Numbered from the stretch's first letter, positions 30,400-41,413 are shown. The stretch: DNA of 64,000 bases from Dehalococcoidia bacterium (GCA_965197645.1 OZ240219.1:2752001-2816000), one strand, 5' to 3'. A program made the numbers and translations. Notes: generated from the letters alone by a model not told the origin.

Positions 30400-31812
30400 A
30401 TGATCGAGATAGGTATCTTCCAGAACGGCGCCTCGGACCTCAAGACCACCGTTACGGCGGACAACGTCGTGGTAAACGAAGGCTCTCTGAAAGAGGTCCA
30501 CGAAAGCTACCAGAGGGTACAGGTCGCCCAGATACGCCAGGGGATACTAGCCGAGCAGCTCGGCTTCGACTACTGGTTCATGACCGAGCACCACTTCATG
30601 CCCGAAGGCCCCGAGTTCAGCCCCAACCCCCTTCTCGCCGAGACCGCCATAGCGGCCAACACCAAGCGGATCCGCCTGGCCCAGATGGCCAACATTCTTC
30701 CCTGGTGGCACCCCATCCGGATCGCCGAGCAAGCGGCCATGCTGGACGTGATCAGCGGCGGACGGCTGGAGTTCGGCATAGGCCGGGGATACCAGCCGCG
30801 AGAGGCCGAGGTTTTCGGCCGGCCCTTCGGCTCCACTGTACAGGACCAGGAGCGCAACCGGGCCTACTACCACGAGGCCTACGAACTCATCCTCAAGGCG
30901 TGGACCGAACCCTCCTTCTCTCACCACGGCCAGTTCTTCACCGTCCCGCCCACCTATACCAAGTGGCACCACAAGAGCACCATGGCCTACTTCAACCTTC
31001 CCCAGACCGGCTATCCCCTCGATTCCGTTCTGGACGTAGGCCCCGAGGACGTGTACGCCACCGGCGGCCCTTCCGTCCTCTCCTCTACGACTACGCTAAA
31101 CGAGATAAGCGTCTTCCCCCAGCCCATCCAGAAGCCTCACCCCCAGATTTGGGAGCCGCTGACCAGCGAGCGTTCCATCAAATGGGCCGTCCAGCACGGA
31201 GTGAATGGGTTCGCCGTGCCCGAGGCCACCGAAATGCTGAAGAAGCAGCTGAACAGCTACTATGAGGAGGCGGAGAGGTGCGGCTGGCCCGATAGGCTCA
31301 ATCGAGGCCAATGGAAGTTCGGTTGGGACGCCGAGAAGCACCGAGGTTTCGGGCACAACATATACATGCACATCGTTACCCCTGGCCCCGGTGAGCAGGA
31401 AAGGGTGGAGCGGTATAAGAACTTCCTCCAGATGCACTGGGACTACTTCGGCGCCTTCGGCCTAGCGGCTGGATTCGTAAACCCCTCCTCCCCCGACTAC
31501 GACCCCAACATGCGGGTCACCCCCGACGTGCTGATCGAAAGGGGCGCTGCCATCGTCGGCACACCCGAGCACTGCATCGAGGAGATCATGAACTACAAGG
31601 AGGAGTGCGGCTACGAGGACCTGCTCTTCGTGGCATGGCTCGAAGCCGCCGGCTTCACCGGCGAGGAGATAGAAGAGCAGATGCACATCTTCGCCTCGGA
31701 GGTGGTGCCTACCCTCAAGCGGGAATGCGGTGGCGGCCCATCGCTGCCGGAGTCAACCGTCCAGCTGGTCCCCAACGGTGTGCCTTCGACCACTCCGGTC
31801 GTGGGTTCGTAG
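30400..31812 (+). CDS. LLM class flavin-dependent oxidoreductase
   Basis: TEHHF, HPIRIAEQAAMLDVISGGRLEFGIGRGY, PQPIQKPHP. Confidence 0.9.
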   Translation: MIEIGIFQNGASDLKTTVTADNVVVNEGSLKEVHESYQRVQVAQIRQGILAEQLGFDYWFMTEHHFMPEGPEFSPNPLLAETAIAANTKRIRLAQMANILPWWHPIRIAEQAAMLDVISGGRLEFGIGRGYQPREAEVFGRPFGSTVQDQERNRAYYHEAYELILKAWTEPSFSHHGQFFTVPPTYTKWHHKSTMAYFNLPQTGYPLDSVLDVGPEDVYATGGPSVLSSTTTLNEISVFPQPIQKPHPQIWEPLTSERSIKWAVQHGVNGFAVPEATEMLKKQLNSYYEEAERCGWPDRLNRGQWKFGWDAEKHRGFGHNIYMHIVTPGPGEQERVERYKNFLQMHWDYFGAFGLAAGFVNPSSPDYDPNMRVTPDVLIERGAAIVGTPEHCIEEIMNYKEECGYEDLLFVAWLEAAGFTGEEIEEQMHIFASEVVPTLKRECGGGPSLPESTVQLVPNGVPSTTPVVGS

Positions 31813-31839
31813 CCCTACCAGCCCTGGAGTGCAGAAAAT

Positions 31840-31872
31840 AGAACACCGCCCCCTATTCGGGGGCGGTGTTCT
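31840..31872 (+). terminator. Intrinsic terminator hairpin
   Basis: AGAACACCGCCCCC-TATTC-GGGGGCGGTGTTCT perfect 14-bp stem after the LLM gene. Confidence 0.8.
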
Positions 31873-32004
31873 GTATTTCCACCTCAAACCATAGCCTGAA
31901 CTCGACCGGCGGTTCTCTACTGCCTCCACAGGATCCATGACCCGGGTCCTAACAGCGCGGTATCTAACCTATCGCCGCGCCTGAAGGCGGGACCTGATAC
32001 CCTC

Positions 32005-32146
32005 AGCTTGTTTCGGTAGGACGGAAGTTTTTGTCCCAGCCACCCACCCTCGGATCGTTCGGTGGATAAGGGGGCACATCCCCCTAGCCCCCTGCCAGAG
32101 GGAAGTTTCCCTCTGGACTCCCTCTATATGGCTCCTGGGACAGGCA
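32005..32146. repeat. MITE-like dispersed repeat, copy 1
   Basis: Shares TGTCCCA.CC.CCC..CCTCGGA...GGGGGCACA...GCCAGAG.GAA...CTGGACTCCCTC core with copies at 34811 and 50915. Confidence 0.75.
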
Positions 32147-32169
32147 GCCCTCCCCAGGTAGGCTGGTTG

Positions 32170-32285
32170 AACATGGGGTGTGCAGAGGGGCGAAGCCCTT
32201 TTGCCGGGAGTCTGAGGGTGTCCCTCAGAAATCATTTCTTTTTCTGCCCCCTTCCTGGCCAGGAAGGGGCCAGGGGGATGGTCGC
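32170..32285. repeat. Palindromic intergenic element related (inverted) to the adjacent repeat core
   Basis: GGGGTGTGCAGAGGGGCGAAGCCCTTTTGCCGGGAGTCTGAGGGTGTCCCTCAG resembles the reverse complement of the core; CCCCTTCCTGGCCAGGAAGGGG palindrome. Confidence 0.55.
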
Positions 32286-32309
32286 GAAAAGGGCAGCTGG
32301 GGCGGTCAG

Positions 32310-32753
32310 CTAGCGGGCCCAGGCGACGGCGTGGCCGACGATGACCGGCAGCTTGTCCTGGTTGGTGCAGAGGAGATTCATCTCGTAACGGACGTCTTCC
32401 TCCTCCTTGCTCTTATCGACGATCTCCAGGTCGATGCTCAACCGGTTGCCGGGAAACACCGGCTTGACGTACTTGGTGAAGAGGGTGCCACCCGCCAAGT
32501 AGCCGTCGCCGAAGAACTCGGTCAGATAGCGAGCTATCTCCGAGGTGGTCTGGGACCCATCGGCGATAACGTCCGGCAACCCGACGCTGCGGGCGAACTC
32601 GGGGTCGGTGTGGATGTTGGGCGGAAGCTTCGCTTTGCCGTGCTCCACGTCCGACAGGTTCAGATGAAAGGCAGTGATGTTCTCCCTTGTAATCTCGAAA
32701 GCCGGCGCCGGCAGCTTGTAACCCACCTGCAGGTCTTTTGTCGCTTGGGTCAT
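32310..32753 (-). CDS. MaoC family dehydratase
   Basis: NIHTDPEFARSVGLPDVIADG, KYVKPVFPG. Confidence 0.85.
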   Translation of the reverse strand: MTQATKDLQVGYKLPAPAFEITRENITAFHLNLSDVEHGKAKLPPNIHTDPEFARSVGLPDVIADGSQTTSEIARYLTEFFGDGYLAGGTLFTKYVKPVFPGNRLSIDLEIVDKSKEEEDVRYEMNLLCTNQDKLPVIVGHAVAWAR

Positions 32754-33154
32754 CGTTCTCCTACCTTCCTGTAGGTATCCAGCCCTTCCTGACTGTACCG
32801 GGCCACCTCTTCGCCGGCGGCATCATTGAACGTGAACTCGGAGACGGTGTACTCTCGCTCCCTCTTCACGTATCTCTTGATGAGCCGCCCGGTCACCGCC
32901 AGCTTCTCTCCGATCCTGACCGGGCGGAAAGTGGTCAGATCGAAAGTCGACTGCACTGCGTCGTCGCCCTTTTTGGACGGGGTTTCCGATTTCCATCTCA
33001 GCATCATCGTCAGGCCGAAGAGCATGGCTGGAGGCACGTAATCTACAGCTTCGTCGTACGTAGCCCCGGCCCATCGCTGGACCATCTCCGGCGTAACCGT
33101 GATCTCTACCGGGCCCACCTCTTTCAGAGGCGGGCCGTTGGAACTGCTACTCAT
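32750..33154 (-). CDS. Hotdog-fold protein (MaoC partner)
   Basis: RPVRIGEKL.VTG.L...YVKREREY; 4-bp overlap with the next MaoC gene. Confidence 0.7.
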   Translation of the reverse strand: MSSSSNGPPLKEVGPVEITVTPEMVQRWAGATYDEAVDYVPPAMLFGLTMMLRWKSETPSKKGDDAVQSTFDLTTFRPVRIGEKLAVTGRLIKRYVKREREYTVSEFTFNDAAGEEVARYSQEGLDTYRKVGER

Positions 33155-33198
33155 TGTTTATGTAAACTCCTTCATCTATCTACTTCCCCTTTACGCCT

Positions 33199-34761
33199 CT
33201 ACATCTCCTCGGGTTCCAGAAACATCCCAATCTCGCTCATGCTGACACCGTCTACGGCGATCTCCGGGGCATACACCACCTCGTCGGCGGCCCAGACCAG
33301 GGTGCCCTTTTGCTCCCCGGTAACGCCTATGACGTTATTCAAGATATTGTTGATGTTGTCGTTGATCCTTATGGTGTTGGGCTTGACAGGAGCGGTGATC
33401 TCGCCGTTCTCGATCAGGTAGGAATCGGCTACCACGGTGCAGGTGAAGTCACCGGCTGCGAGGGCGTTGATGGGGTAAGTGTACCAGATGCGCCCCACGT
33501 ATATGCCGTTTCCAACCCGGCGGGCCAACTCCTCGATGTTGCAGGGTTCCGACCCCTCGACGATTACGTTAGTGGCGAAGATGCCCGGCTGTGATTCGAA
33601 GCTCCTTCCTCCTCCTCGCCCGAACCGGAACCCGTTGCGGGGCGCCATGGCGGAGGCATACTCAGCCGGATCGACGCCCAGCTTCTCGGCTCCCTTCGGG
33701 TCTCCCAGTATCCGCTGGGTCTCGTAATGGTTCGACATCAGCCCAACCAGCACACCGTCCTTGATCAGGTCGGTCCTGCCTGTGGGGACGCCTTCGCAGG
33801 TGATGTTCTTGGTCCCCATCAGGCCCGGAGCGAACCCATCGTCGTAGATGTTGAGCTGCTCCGAGGCCACCTTCTGTCCCAGCATGCCCATGAACGGCGA
33901 GCTCAGGGAGTAGAAAGTTCCGGTACTTACGCTGGGCAGCACGAGGTTGTTTATCAGATCGGTCACCGGCTGACGGCCGAAGATCACTTTGTGCTTGCCG
34001 CTGGGCACTCGCTGCCCGCCCATGGCATCTATGGAGTTGCGAGCAGCCGACTCGCCCGCTGCGCCGATGAAATCGGTCAGCTTGGTATCGGCGGACCATC
34101 CCGTGCCCTTGGAATCGGCCCCCTCCACCATCGCCGTCACGAAGGACATCATCAGGGTAGATTCATCGGACTGGACCCTGGGCATGAGTGTAGAGCCGAT
34201 GGCGATGCGCTCCTGAAGAATGGTCACGTCGCCGCCGATGATGAGGCCCATATCCTTGACCTTGTACCGCTCCCTCGCGGCAAGCAGCAGGCTCTCCGAG
34301 CTCTGGAACGTGTCCAACGCCCGCTCTATGGTCGTCCACCCGACGTCCACCAGGTCCTCGTCCTTGATGTTCATCAGGCTGGGGTCGTGGTACTTGGGGC
34401 GCCTGGCAGCGCCGTCCATCTGCCGGGGCAGGGACACGAACTCCGGGTCCCGTACAGCGCCTTTGCGGGCCTTCTCCAACGCCCTCTGTGCCCCTTCGAC
34501 GGACAGGTTGCTCGGCTCACTCCCGAACCCAATCTTGACCCCGTCCTGGGACTTGAAGACCGCCCGAATGCCCAAGCCGTAGGCCTCGCTGGACTTAGGC
34601 TCCTCAAGCCCGTTGCAGGGTATGTGAGAGGTGTAGTTGAGGCGGGTGGTCAGGTTGCCGTTACAGGCCACGAACACCTCGGCGTCCTGAACGTCGCCGA
34701 CGCCCTGCAGGTACTCGAGAGCCTCACGGACCGACCTCGTAAGGTCTTTCAGCGGTTTCAA
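33199..34761 (-). CDS. pmbA: TldE/PmbA family protein
   Basis: Downstream of tldD; CEGVPT..T.LIKDGVLVG, AGDFT, YLIENGEI; lacks HExxxH. Confidence 0.8.
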   Translation of the reverse strand: MKPLKDLTRSVREALEYLQGVGDVQDAEVFVACNGNLTTRLNYTSHIPCNGLEEPKSSEAYGLGIRAVFKSQDGVKIGFGSEPSNLSVEGAQRALEKARKGAVRDPEFVSLPRQMDGAARRPKYHDPSLMNIKDEDLVDVGWTTIERALDTFQSSESLLLAARERYKVKDMGLIIGGDVTILQERIAIGSTLMPRVQSDESTLMMSFVTAMVEGADSKGTGWSADTKLTDFIGAAGESAARNSIDAMGGQRVPSGKHKVIFGRQPVTDLINNLVLPSVSTGTFYSLSSPFMGMLGQKVASEQLNIYDDGFAPGLMGTKNITCEGVPTGRTDLIKDGVLVGLMSNHYETQRILGDPKGAEKLGVDPAEYASAMAPRNGFRFGRGGGRSFESQPGIFATNVIVEGSEPCNIEELARRVGNGIYVGRIWYTYPINALAAGDFTCTVVADSYLIENGEITAPVKPNTIRINDNINNILNNVIGVTGEQKGTLVWAADEVVYAPEIAVDGVSMSEIGMFLEPEEM

Positions 34762-34810
34762 CTAGCTAGAGTCCTCTTTGTTGTTTCGGCATCGAGCCAG
34801 TGTTATCTGG

Positions 34811-34951
34811 AGCCTGTCCCAGAAGAACAGATGTCTTTGTCCCAGCCGCCCACCCTCGGATGTTTTTGTAGATGGGGGCACATCTCCCATACCCCCTGCC
34901 AGAGAGAAATTTCCCTCTGGACTCCCTCAATACGGTATTCCGAGATATGCC
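34811..34951. repeat. MITE-like dispersed repeat, copy 2
   Basis: Starts AGCCTGTCCCAG and has the same core as copies 1 and 3; between tldD and pmbA. Confidence 0.75.
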
Positions 34952-34974
34952 CATCTAGGAAGGCTACCCGCAGG

Positions 34975-36540
34975 CTAGCTGCCCGTTATCTTGGCCCTGC
35001 TCCGCAGGGTCGGGCCGCCGTTGCCCAGCTTCTTCACCTGCATCGGCTGGCCCTTGCCACAGTTGGGTATCGGGTAGAGGCGGAAGTCGTTGCCCACGCC
35101 GTCCACGTTCATGAAGAAATCACGACTATCGGCGGTTATGCCACCGTTTCGATACAGCTGTCCCAACTCGCCGTTTTTGATCTCGTAGGTCTTCATAGCC
35201 GAGATGCGGAAATTCTCCCTGGACTCGGCAATCGAGGGGATGCGATGCCCCGCCATGTAGTAGCCGTGCTCCACGTCGCGGATCATTTCTTGGGGGTCCT
35301 GCTGGCCCGGCCCAAACACGGTGTTGGACATGCGGATCAGGGGCACCAGAGCTGCATCGGTGGCCTTGTACGATCCGTTGGGCTCCTCGCCCAGTATCGC
35401 CGCCGATTGCCGGCTGTTCATGAATCCCTCGAACACACCCTGGTTGATGTGCACTACTTTCTTCGCCTGCGTGCCCTCGTGGTCGTACTTGTAGTGGCCG
35501 TAGCCGGGCAGCGTGGGGTCCGAGTAGGCGTTGACCATGGGAGAGGCCACCTGTCGGCCGATCTGGTTATCGTCCAGGCCCTTGAACAGCCAGGTGCGCC
35601 CCGCGTAGGCCGTCTCCATCTTCAGCGCCCGGTCGCCCTCCACCGGATGGCCCACGATCTCGTGGACCAGGAGGGTGTTGTAGTGAGGGTCGGTAACGAC
35701 CACCACGTCCTCGTCGCTTGTCTTCAGGGGTTCGGCGTTGGCCAGCTCCACCGTGTCGCGGGCCAGATCGAGGGAGAAGGTCATCAGGTCTGGGTTCTGT
35801 ATGTACTCATCCTGGAAACCCTTTTCTAACACTTCCCAACCCCGCTGATGGCCGATGAAGTCGTAGAGCTCCTGGCTGCCGCTTTCGCTCTGCGCCACCA
35901 CGTAGCTCATCCCCTGGGTCATGGCGAAGGTCTGGTCGATGTTGGCCCCCTCCGAGCTGCAAAACAGCTCCCGATCAAGGGAGGTCAGCCCGAACACGAA
36001 GTTGAACATCACCTGGGAGTCCGAGTCGCCTACTGCCTTGGAGGTATCGGTAACGCATCTCACCACGTCGCCCAGGGGCACGGCCCTCGGGTCGGACTCG
36101 TATATCGCAGGAACGGTATCCTGGAACACATTGGTCGGAGCCAGCTGGGAGTCGTACAGACTGTCCGCCAGCACCGAGTACCGCCCTTTCGCCAGGTGTT
36201 TCCGCTCCGCATTGGCCATGGCCCTGCGATAGGCGTGTCTGACACCCGCTTTGAGCAATTTGTGCAGATTGTCCAGATCGGCACTGCCCAGCTGCTGGCC
36301 GAAGTAGCCGGGCGCCGCAATCCTGTCGCCCGCCAGGACCCTCACGCCGAAGGAGATGCCGTAGTCCTCGGCGCTGTTCTTCTCCACCCCGTTCTCGGCC
36401 ACTGCCCCTTTTCCTTCGCTCACCTCCAGCCTGATATCGGCATATCGAAGGCCTCTCTGCTTCTTCGCATAGCTGGTGGCAACGTCGTATACCAGGGGTT
36501 TTATGTCGTCGACAATGTCTACGGAGACCGTGGTAGCCAT
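34975..36540 (-). CDS. tldD: TldD family metalloprotease
   Basis: HEIVGHPVEGDR, IRMSNT, CGKGQP. Confidence 0.9.
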   Translation of the reverse strand: MATTVSVDIVDDIKPLVYDVATSYAKKQRGLRYADIRLEVSEGKGAVAENGVEKNSAEDYGISFGVRVLAGDRIAAPGYFGQQLGSADLDNLHKLLKAGVRHAYRRAMANAERKHLAKGRYSVLADSLYDSQLAPTNVFQDTVPAIYESDPRAVPLGDVVRCVTDTSKAVGDSDSQVMFNFVFGLTSLDRELFCSSEGANIDQTFAMTQGMSYVVAQSESGSQELYDFIGHQRGWEVLEKGFQDEYIQNPDLMTFSLDLARDTVELANAEPLKTSDEDVVVVTDPHYNTLLVHEIVGHPVEGDRALKMETAYAGRTWLFKGLDDNQIGRQVASPMVNAYSDPTLPGYGHYKYDHEGTQAKKVVHINQGVFEGFMNSRQSAAILGEEPNGSYKATDAALVPLIRMSNTVFGPGQQDPQEMIRDVEHGYYMAGHRIPSIAESRENFRISAMKTYEIKNGELGQLYRNGGITADSRDFFMNVDGVGNDFRLYPIPNCGKGQPMQVKKLGNGGPTLRSRAKITGS

Positions 36541-36625
36541 GGGGGTAGTCCTTCTAGATGGGGAGGTGGGCTAATTGTACCAAAGTCTGTGGCCACTTTC
36601 GAACGGTCGGGTGCTAGAATGTGAC

Positions 36626-36778
36626 ATGGCTCAAGCGCCCGACGATGCGCAGGAAGAGATCAGGATGGAGCAGCAGCGCATCGATGCCTGCGATATCTGC
36701 GGCGCCACCACCGACGAGGTGCACTGCAAGGTAATATGCCCCAACTGCGGTTACACTAGGGACTGCTCCGATCCCTGA
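36626..36778 (+). CDS. Small zinc-ribbon protein (CxxC...CxxC)
   Basis: CDICG...HCKVICPNCGYTRDCSDP; TGCTAGAAT extended -10 just before ATG 36626 suggests a leaderless start. Confidence 0.75.
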   Translation: MAQAPDDAQEEIRMEQQRIDACDICGATTDEVHCKVICPNCGYTRDCSDP

Positions 36779-36807
36779 TCCGGTCAGCCGGCGCCAACTC
36801 ACAACAA

Positions 36808-36832
36808 AGGGCCTGGCTCATTGCCAGGCCCT
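36808..36832. terminator. Hairpin terminator between convergent genes
   Basis: AGGGCCTGGC-TCATT-GCCAGGCCCT. Confidence 0.7.
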
Positions 36833-36859
36833 ATCGGTTAACGGAGCCGTTTCCTACTG

Positions 36860-37108
36860 CTAGTCCTTGAAATAGTTGATGTTGATATCGTAGTACTGGG
36901 CCCAGTACCCCGGCACTTCCGATTCCTCGAAGATGGCGGTCACCGGACAAACGGGCTCGCATGCAGCACAGTCGATGCACTCATCGGGGTCTATGTACAG
37001 CATGTCCTCCCCCTCGCCATCGGGAGGGATGATACAGTCCACGGGACAGACCTCGACACAGGACAGATCTTTAACACCGATGCAGGGCTCAGCGATGATG
37101 TAAGTCAT
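36860..37108 (-). CDS. Dicluster ferredoxin
   Basis: [18 protein letters not shown] and [12 protein letters not shown]. Confidence 0.93.
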   Translation of the reverse strand: MTYIIAEPCIGVKDLSCVEVCPVDCIIPPDGEGEDMLYIDPDECIDCAACEPVCPVTAIFEESEVPGYWAQYYDININYFKD

Positions 37109-37238
37109 CTAGGAAGGGCCTCCAAAGTACTCAGATTCCAGCCTCGTCTTGATCTTTCTCGTGCTGTAGGACACGGCGAGTTATTTTAATACGTAATCCA
37201 ACAATAGACAAACTGCTTTTGCAGCATTTCCAACCGGG

Positions 37239-38930
37239 CTACCCGGTCACCGCTCCCCGGGACGCCGACGATGCCAGCTTGGCGTACTTGGCCAGCACCC
37301 CGGTAGTGTAGTTTGGCGGCATTGGCTTCCACTCCCGCAGGCGCCGGTCCATCTCACCCGCATCCACGTCCAGGTCCAGGCGACGGTTGGGTATATCGAA
37401 GATGATGGTATCGCCTTCCTCGACTACCGCCATCGGTCCGCCGACGGCAGCCTCCGGCGCCACATGTCCCACCATCAACCCCCGTGTAGCTCCCGAGAAC
37501 CGGCCATCGGTAATGAGGGCCACGTCTTCGCCCAGGCCCTGACCCACAATGGCCGCTGTCACCTGGAGCATCTCCCGCATCCCCGGACCCCCTTTAGGGC
37601 CTTCGTACCGCAGGACTACGATGTCGCCGGCTTCGATCTCTCTGCGTTGGACCGCTTCGAAGGCGTCCTGCTCGCGATTGAAAACCCGGGCCCTGCCCCT
37701 GTGCACGTGCTGCAGATGCTCGACCTTCGATAGCTTTACCACCGAACCCTCGGGTGCCAGGTTGCCCTTCAGGATTACCAGCGAGCCGTGGGAGCTGAGA
37801 GGACTCTCGACGGTGTGAACGATGTCCCGGCTGCCGTCGTCCTGAACGGAGGCCAGGTTCTCTGCGATGGTCTTGCCGGTAACGGTCAGGGCGTCCCCGT
37901 GGAGAAGGCCCGCGTCCAGGAGCCGCTTCATCACCAACGGCACGCCGCCGGCCCGGTTCAGGTCCGCCATCACGTACCTTCCACCCGGTTTCATATCGGC
38001 GATATAGGGGACCCGTTCCGCTATCCGATCGAAATCTTCGATGTCCAGCTTGACCTGCGCCTCGTGGGCGATGGCCAGGAGATGCAGGACCACGTTGGTC
38101 GAACCACCCATGGCCACGGCAACCGCTATCCCATTCTCGAACGCCTCACGGGTAAGGATGTCCCGGGGCCTGATCCCCTTCTCCAGTACAGACATCACCG
38201 CCGCGCCCGCCCGCTCCGACGCGTCCAGTATCTCTCCTTCGACGGAGGGCAGAGATGAGGTGGCCGGCAACGCCAAGCCCATAGCCTCGATGGTCGATGA
38301 CATGGTGTTGGCGGTAAACATCCCCGCGCAGGAGCCGGCTCCCGGACAGGCCGCACATTCGATCTCCCTCAGCTCATCGTCGTCGATGCTGCCCTTGGCA
38401 TGGGCCCCGATGGCCTCGAAGACGTCCTGGATGTTTATGTCTTTGCCCTTGTAGCTGCCCGGCAGGATAGTACCGCCGTAGACGAACACCGATGGGATGT
38501 TCAACCTCGCTACTGCCATTACCGTGCCGGGCATGTTCTTATCGCAACCGGCCACGGTGACCAGTCCGTCGAAATACTCCGCGTGGGAGACCATCTCTAT
38601 AGAGTCGGCGATTATCTCCCGACTGACCAGCGAGGCCTTCATGCCTTCGGTGCCCATGGAGATGCCGTCGCTGACGGTGGGGGCGCCAAACACGAAGGGG
38701 GTGCCGGCGGCGTTCCTGACCCCTTCCCGGACCTTCTGCACCAGGCCGTCCAGGTGAACATTACACGGCGTAATGTCGCTGGCCAGGTTGGCTATGCCGA
38801 TGAACGGCTGCGCCAGCTCTTCGTCGCCCACTCCCACGGCTCTGAGCATCGCCCTGGCGGCTGCCCTGTCGGGGCCTTCCATTACCTGACGGCTCCGGTG
38901 CTTTACGTCCATTTTGGTGTCTGTAGTCAT
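37239..38930 (-). CDS. ilvD: Dihydroxy-acid dehydratase
   Basis: [49 protein letters not shown]. Confidence 0.96.
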   Translation of the reverse strand: MTTDTKMDVKHRSRQVMEGPDRAAARAMLRAVGVGDEELAQPFIGIANLASDITPCNVHLDGLVQKVREGVRNAAGTPFVFGAPTVSDGISMGTEGMKASLVSREIIADSIEMVSHAEYFDGLVTVAGCDKNMPGTVMAVARLNIPSVFVYGGTILPGSYKGKDINIQDVFEAIGAHAKGSIDDDELREIECAACPGAGSCAGMFTANTMSSTIEAMGLALPATSSLPSVEGEILDASERAGAAVMSVLEKGIRPRDILTREAFENGIAVAVAMGGSTNVVLHLLAIAHEAQVKLDIEDFDRIAERVPYIADMKPGGRYVMADLNRAGGVPLVMKRLLDAGLLHGDALTVTGKTIAENLASVQDDGSRDIVHTVESPLSSHGSLVILKGNLAPEGSVVKLSKVEHLQHVHRGRARVFNREQDAFEAVQRREIEAGDIVVLRYEGPKGGPGMREMLQVTAAIVGQGLGEDVALITDGRFSGATRGLMVGHVAPEAAVGGPMAVVEEGDTIIFDIPNRRLDLDVDAGEMDRRLREWKPMPPNYTTGVLAKYAKLASSASRGAVTG

Positions 38931-39202
38931 GGCGCTCCTCCAGACCAAACGGATTGTTTATCGCCTGGAATCGTCTCTGATTTGGTCTCATAGTAACATA
39001 GAAAAAAACAGGTTGACGATTTTCCCCAGTCACTTAGAATGGGTCTGCGTCCCTTTGGGGAAGGGGCGAGTCCGTCCGGTACACGTCCTTATCTATCTTT
39101 CGGGGTCGATTCGCTACGACAACCTAAGTCCCCGCTCTGGACCAAGGCCTGCGGGGGCGAGTTCCGAGAAACAGAATGAGTACGCTGCACAGGAGGTGCA
39201 CA

Positions 39203-40009
39203 ATGACCTACGAGACCATAACCGTCGAGAGGGAGGACCGGGTGGTCAGGCTGACGCTGAACAGGCCCGACAAGCTCAACGCCATCAACGCCCAGATGGA
39301 AAGTGAGCTCTCCCAGGTAATCCCGGAGCTCGACCGGGACGATGAGATCGGAGCAGTGGTTGTGACCGGCGCAGGCCGGGCCTTTTGCGCCGGGGGAGAC
39401 GTATCCCAGCTGCCGGGTAACGTATCCAAGCAGGACCAGGGGTCTCCTAACGTGGACGACATTCGCCGGGGTTTCCGGGGCGCACAGTCGGTGGTCCTGG
39501 GCCTGCAGAGGATGCAGAAGCCGGTCATAGGGATGATGAACGGCGTGGCGGCGGGAGCCGGATTCGATATGGCCTGCGCCTGCGACATTCGCATCGGTAC
39601 GCCAAAGTCCCGCTTCATGTCCGCCTTCGTGCGGGTGGGCCTGTTCCCGGGATGGGGAGGCCTGTGGCTGTACGCAAAAGTCCTGGGCGTTCCCAAGGCC
39701 GCGGAGCTCCTCTTCACCGGCGATTTCCTGGAAGCCGAGGAGGCCCATCGGTTGGGCATGCTGAACAAGCTGGTCGCCGAGGAGGAGCTGGAGGAGGTAA
39801 CCATGGAGATGGCGAGGAAGATCGCCGATGGCCCTCCCATCTCCCTGCGTCTGTCCAAGCTGATGCTCTACAAATGCCTGGAGATGGACCTGGAAACGGC
39901 GATGCAGATGTCGGCGGCGCTGGAGACGATAACCCTCACCTCGGAAGACCACCGCGAGGGTGTAGCCGCCTTCCGAGAAAAGCGAAAGGCCGCCTACGAA
40001 GGGACGTAG
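39203..40009 (+). CDS. Enoyl-CoA hydratase/isomerase family protein
   Basis: LNRPDKLNA, GAGRAFCAGGD, NGVAAGAG; AGGAGG RBS. Confidence 0.92.
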   Translation: MTYETITVEREDRVVRLTLNRPDKLNAINAQMESELSQVIPELDRDDEIGAVVVTGAGRAFCAGGDVSQLPGNVSKQDQGSPNVDDIRRGFRGAQSVVLGLQRMQKPVIGMMNGVAAGAGFDMACACDIRIGTPKSRFMSAFVRVGLFPGWGGLWLYAKVLGVPKAAELLFTGDFLEAEEAHRLGMLNKLVAEEELEEVTMEMARKIADGPPISLRLSKLMLYKCLEMDLETAMQMSAALETITLTSEDHREGVAAFREKRKAAYEGT

Positions 40010-40076
40010 CCCCTCCGTCTAACGGCGAGCCGAAGGGACCGGCACCTTCTCTGGCCCTCGCCGGCCAGACCTGGCT

Positions 40077-40115
40077 AGATTGCCACGCCCCGACTTCGTC
40101 GGGTCTCGCAATGAC
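40077..40115. repeat. REP-like palindromic element
   Basis: AGATTGCCACG-CCCCGACTTCGTCGGG-TCTCGCAATGAC between convergent genes. Confidence 0.55.
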
Positions 40116-40213
40116 GAGGCCGTTGTTGCGAGCGACGGGGTAGTAGGTCCTGAGTGGGTTTGGGGGACTTCGCCCCGTCTTCTCTCCTGTTATGGGTGCA
40201 GGGCGTCGCCCTG

Positions 40214-41413
40214 CTAGGCCGCCTTCTCGAAGATGGCGGCCAGCCCTTGCCCTCCCCCCACGCACATCGTCTCCAGACCGTAGCGTACCTCCCGCCGCCT
40301 CATTTCGTGAAGCAGGGTAGCCAGAATTCGGGCTCCGGTAGCCGCTATCGGATGGCCCAGCGAGATGCCGGACCCGTTGACGTTCACTATCTCGTCGTCG
40401 GGTAGGTCCCAGCCCTGGAACACGGCCAGCACCTGGGCGGCGAAGGCCTCGTTCAGCTCTATCAGACCGATGTCGCTCCAGTTGAGGCCCGTCTTCTCGA
40501 ACAGCTTCTTGACCGCGGGCACCGGCCCGATGCCCATATATCTCGGGTCCACCCCAGCCGAGGCCCATCCACGCAGGTAGGCCATCGGCTCCAGGCCCAG
40601 CTCGTCCAGCTTGTCGGCGCCCACCACCATGCAAACGGAGGCGGCATCGTTCTGGCTGCTGGCGTTGCCCGCCGTCACCGTGCCGTCCTTGTTCACCGGC
40701 CGAAGCTTGCCCAGCCGCTCCAGAGTGGTCTCCTTCCGAGGCCCTTCATCGGTATCGAACATTACCGGGTCGCCCTTGCGCTGGGGTATGGGCACCCCGA
40801 CGATCTCTTCCTCGAACTTTCCCTCTTCAGATGCGGTAGCCGCCCTCTGGTGGCTCCGCAGGGCCAGCTTGTCCTGCTCCTCGCGAGGGATCTCGTACTG
40901 CTGGGCGAGGTTCTCCGCCGTGTCCACCATGCTAGATATCCGCCCGAACCTATCATCGGGGGACATGGTCTCTCGGCCTCTCACCAGCCGGTCGTGGAAA
41001 GGCATCGAACCGAACCGGCCACCCCACCGGGCATCGGTTACGTAGTACTCGGCGGTGCTCATGCTCTCCACCCCACCGGCGATGACCACGTCGGCGTTTT
41101 CCGTTTGCACCAGCATGGAGGCGTTGAGGATAGCCTGGAGCCCAGAGGAGCAGCGGCGGTCGAGCTGATATCCGGTAACCTCGATGGGCAGGCCGGCCTT
41201 GAGCGAGCAGAGCCTGCCGATGGCCGGATTCTCGCCGCTGGGATAGCTGTGGCCCAGCACAACCTCGTCCACCTTTTCGCCGTCCAGGCCGGTGCGCTTC
41301 AGCACCTCTTCGATCACGATGGTGCCCAGCTCCTCGGCGGGAATGTCCTTGAGCGAACCTCCAAACCTGCCTACTGCGGTCCGCACAGGCGAGACTATGG
41401 CTACTTCACGCAT
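40214..41413 (-). CDS. Thiolase (acetyl-CoA C-acyltransferase)
   Basis: RCSSGL, NEAFA, GHPIAATG, CVGGGQG. Confidence 0.95.
   Translation of the reverse strand: MREVAIVSPVRTAVGRFGGSLKDIPAEELGTIVIEEVLKRTGLDGEKVDEVVLGHSYPSGENPAIGRLCSLKAGLPIEVTGYQLDRRCSSGLQAILNASMLVQTENADVVIAGGVESMSTAEYYVTDARWGGRFGSMPFHDRLVRGRETMSPDDRFGRISSMVDTAENLAQQYEIPREEQDKLALRSHQRAATASEEGKFEEEIVGVPIPQRKGDPVMFDTDEGPRKETTLERLGKLRPVNKDGTVTAGNASSQNDAASVCMVVGADKLDELGLEPMAYLRGWASAGVDPRYMGIGPVPAVKKLFEKTGLNWSDIGLIELNEAFAAQVLAVFQGWDLPDDEIVNVNGSGISLGHPIAATGARILATLLHEMRRREVRYGLETMCVGGGQGLAAIFEKAA

Noticed and set aside
22980-32300. Integrative element or prophage at tRNA-Arg
   Set aside because: No integrase or phage genes, and I found no duplicated tRNA 3' end (attR) by eye; it is treated only as a variable region.
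31969-32313. Short ORFs in the repeat region (also 34766-34978, 50646-50990)
   Set aside because: They are translations of the dispersed repeat elements, which explains their mutual similarity.
33727-35829. 700-aa plus-strand ORF and similar long ORFs (12163-13602, 42581-44548, 46130-47323, 62140-63282)
   Set aside because: Antisense shadows of well-supported genes in GC-rich DNA, with no recognisable motifs.
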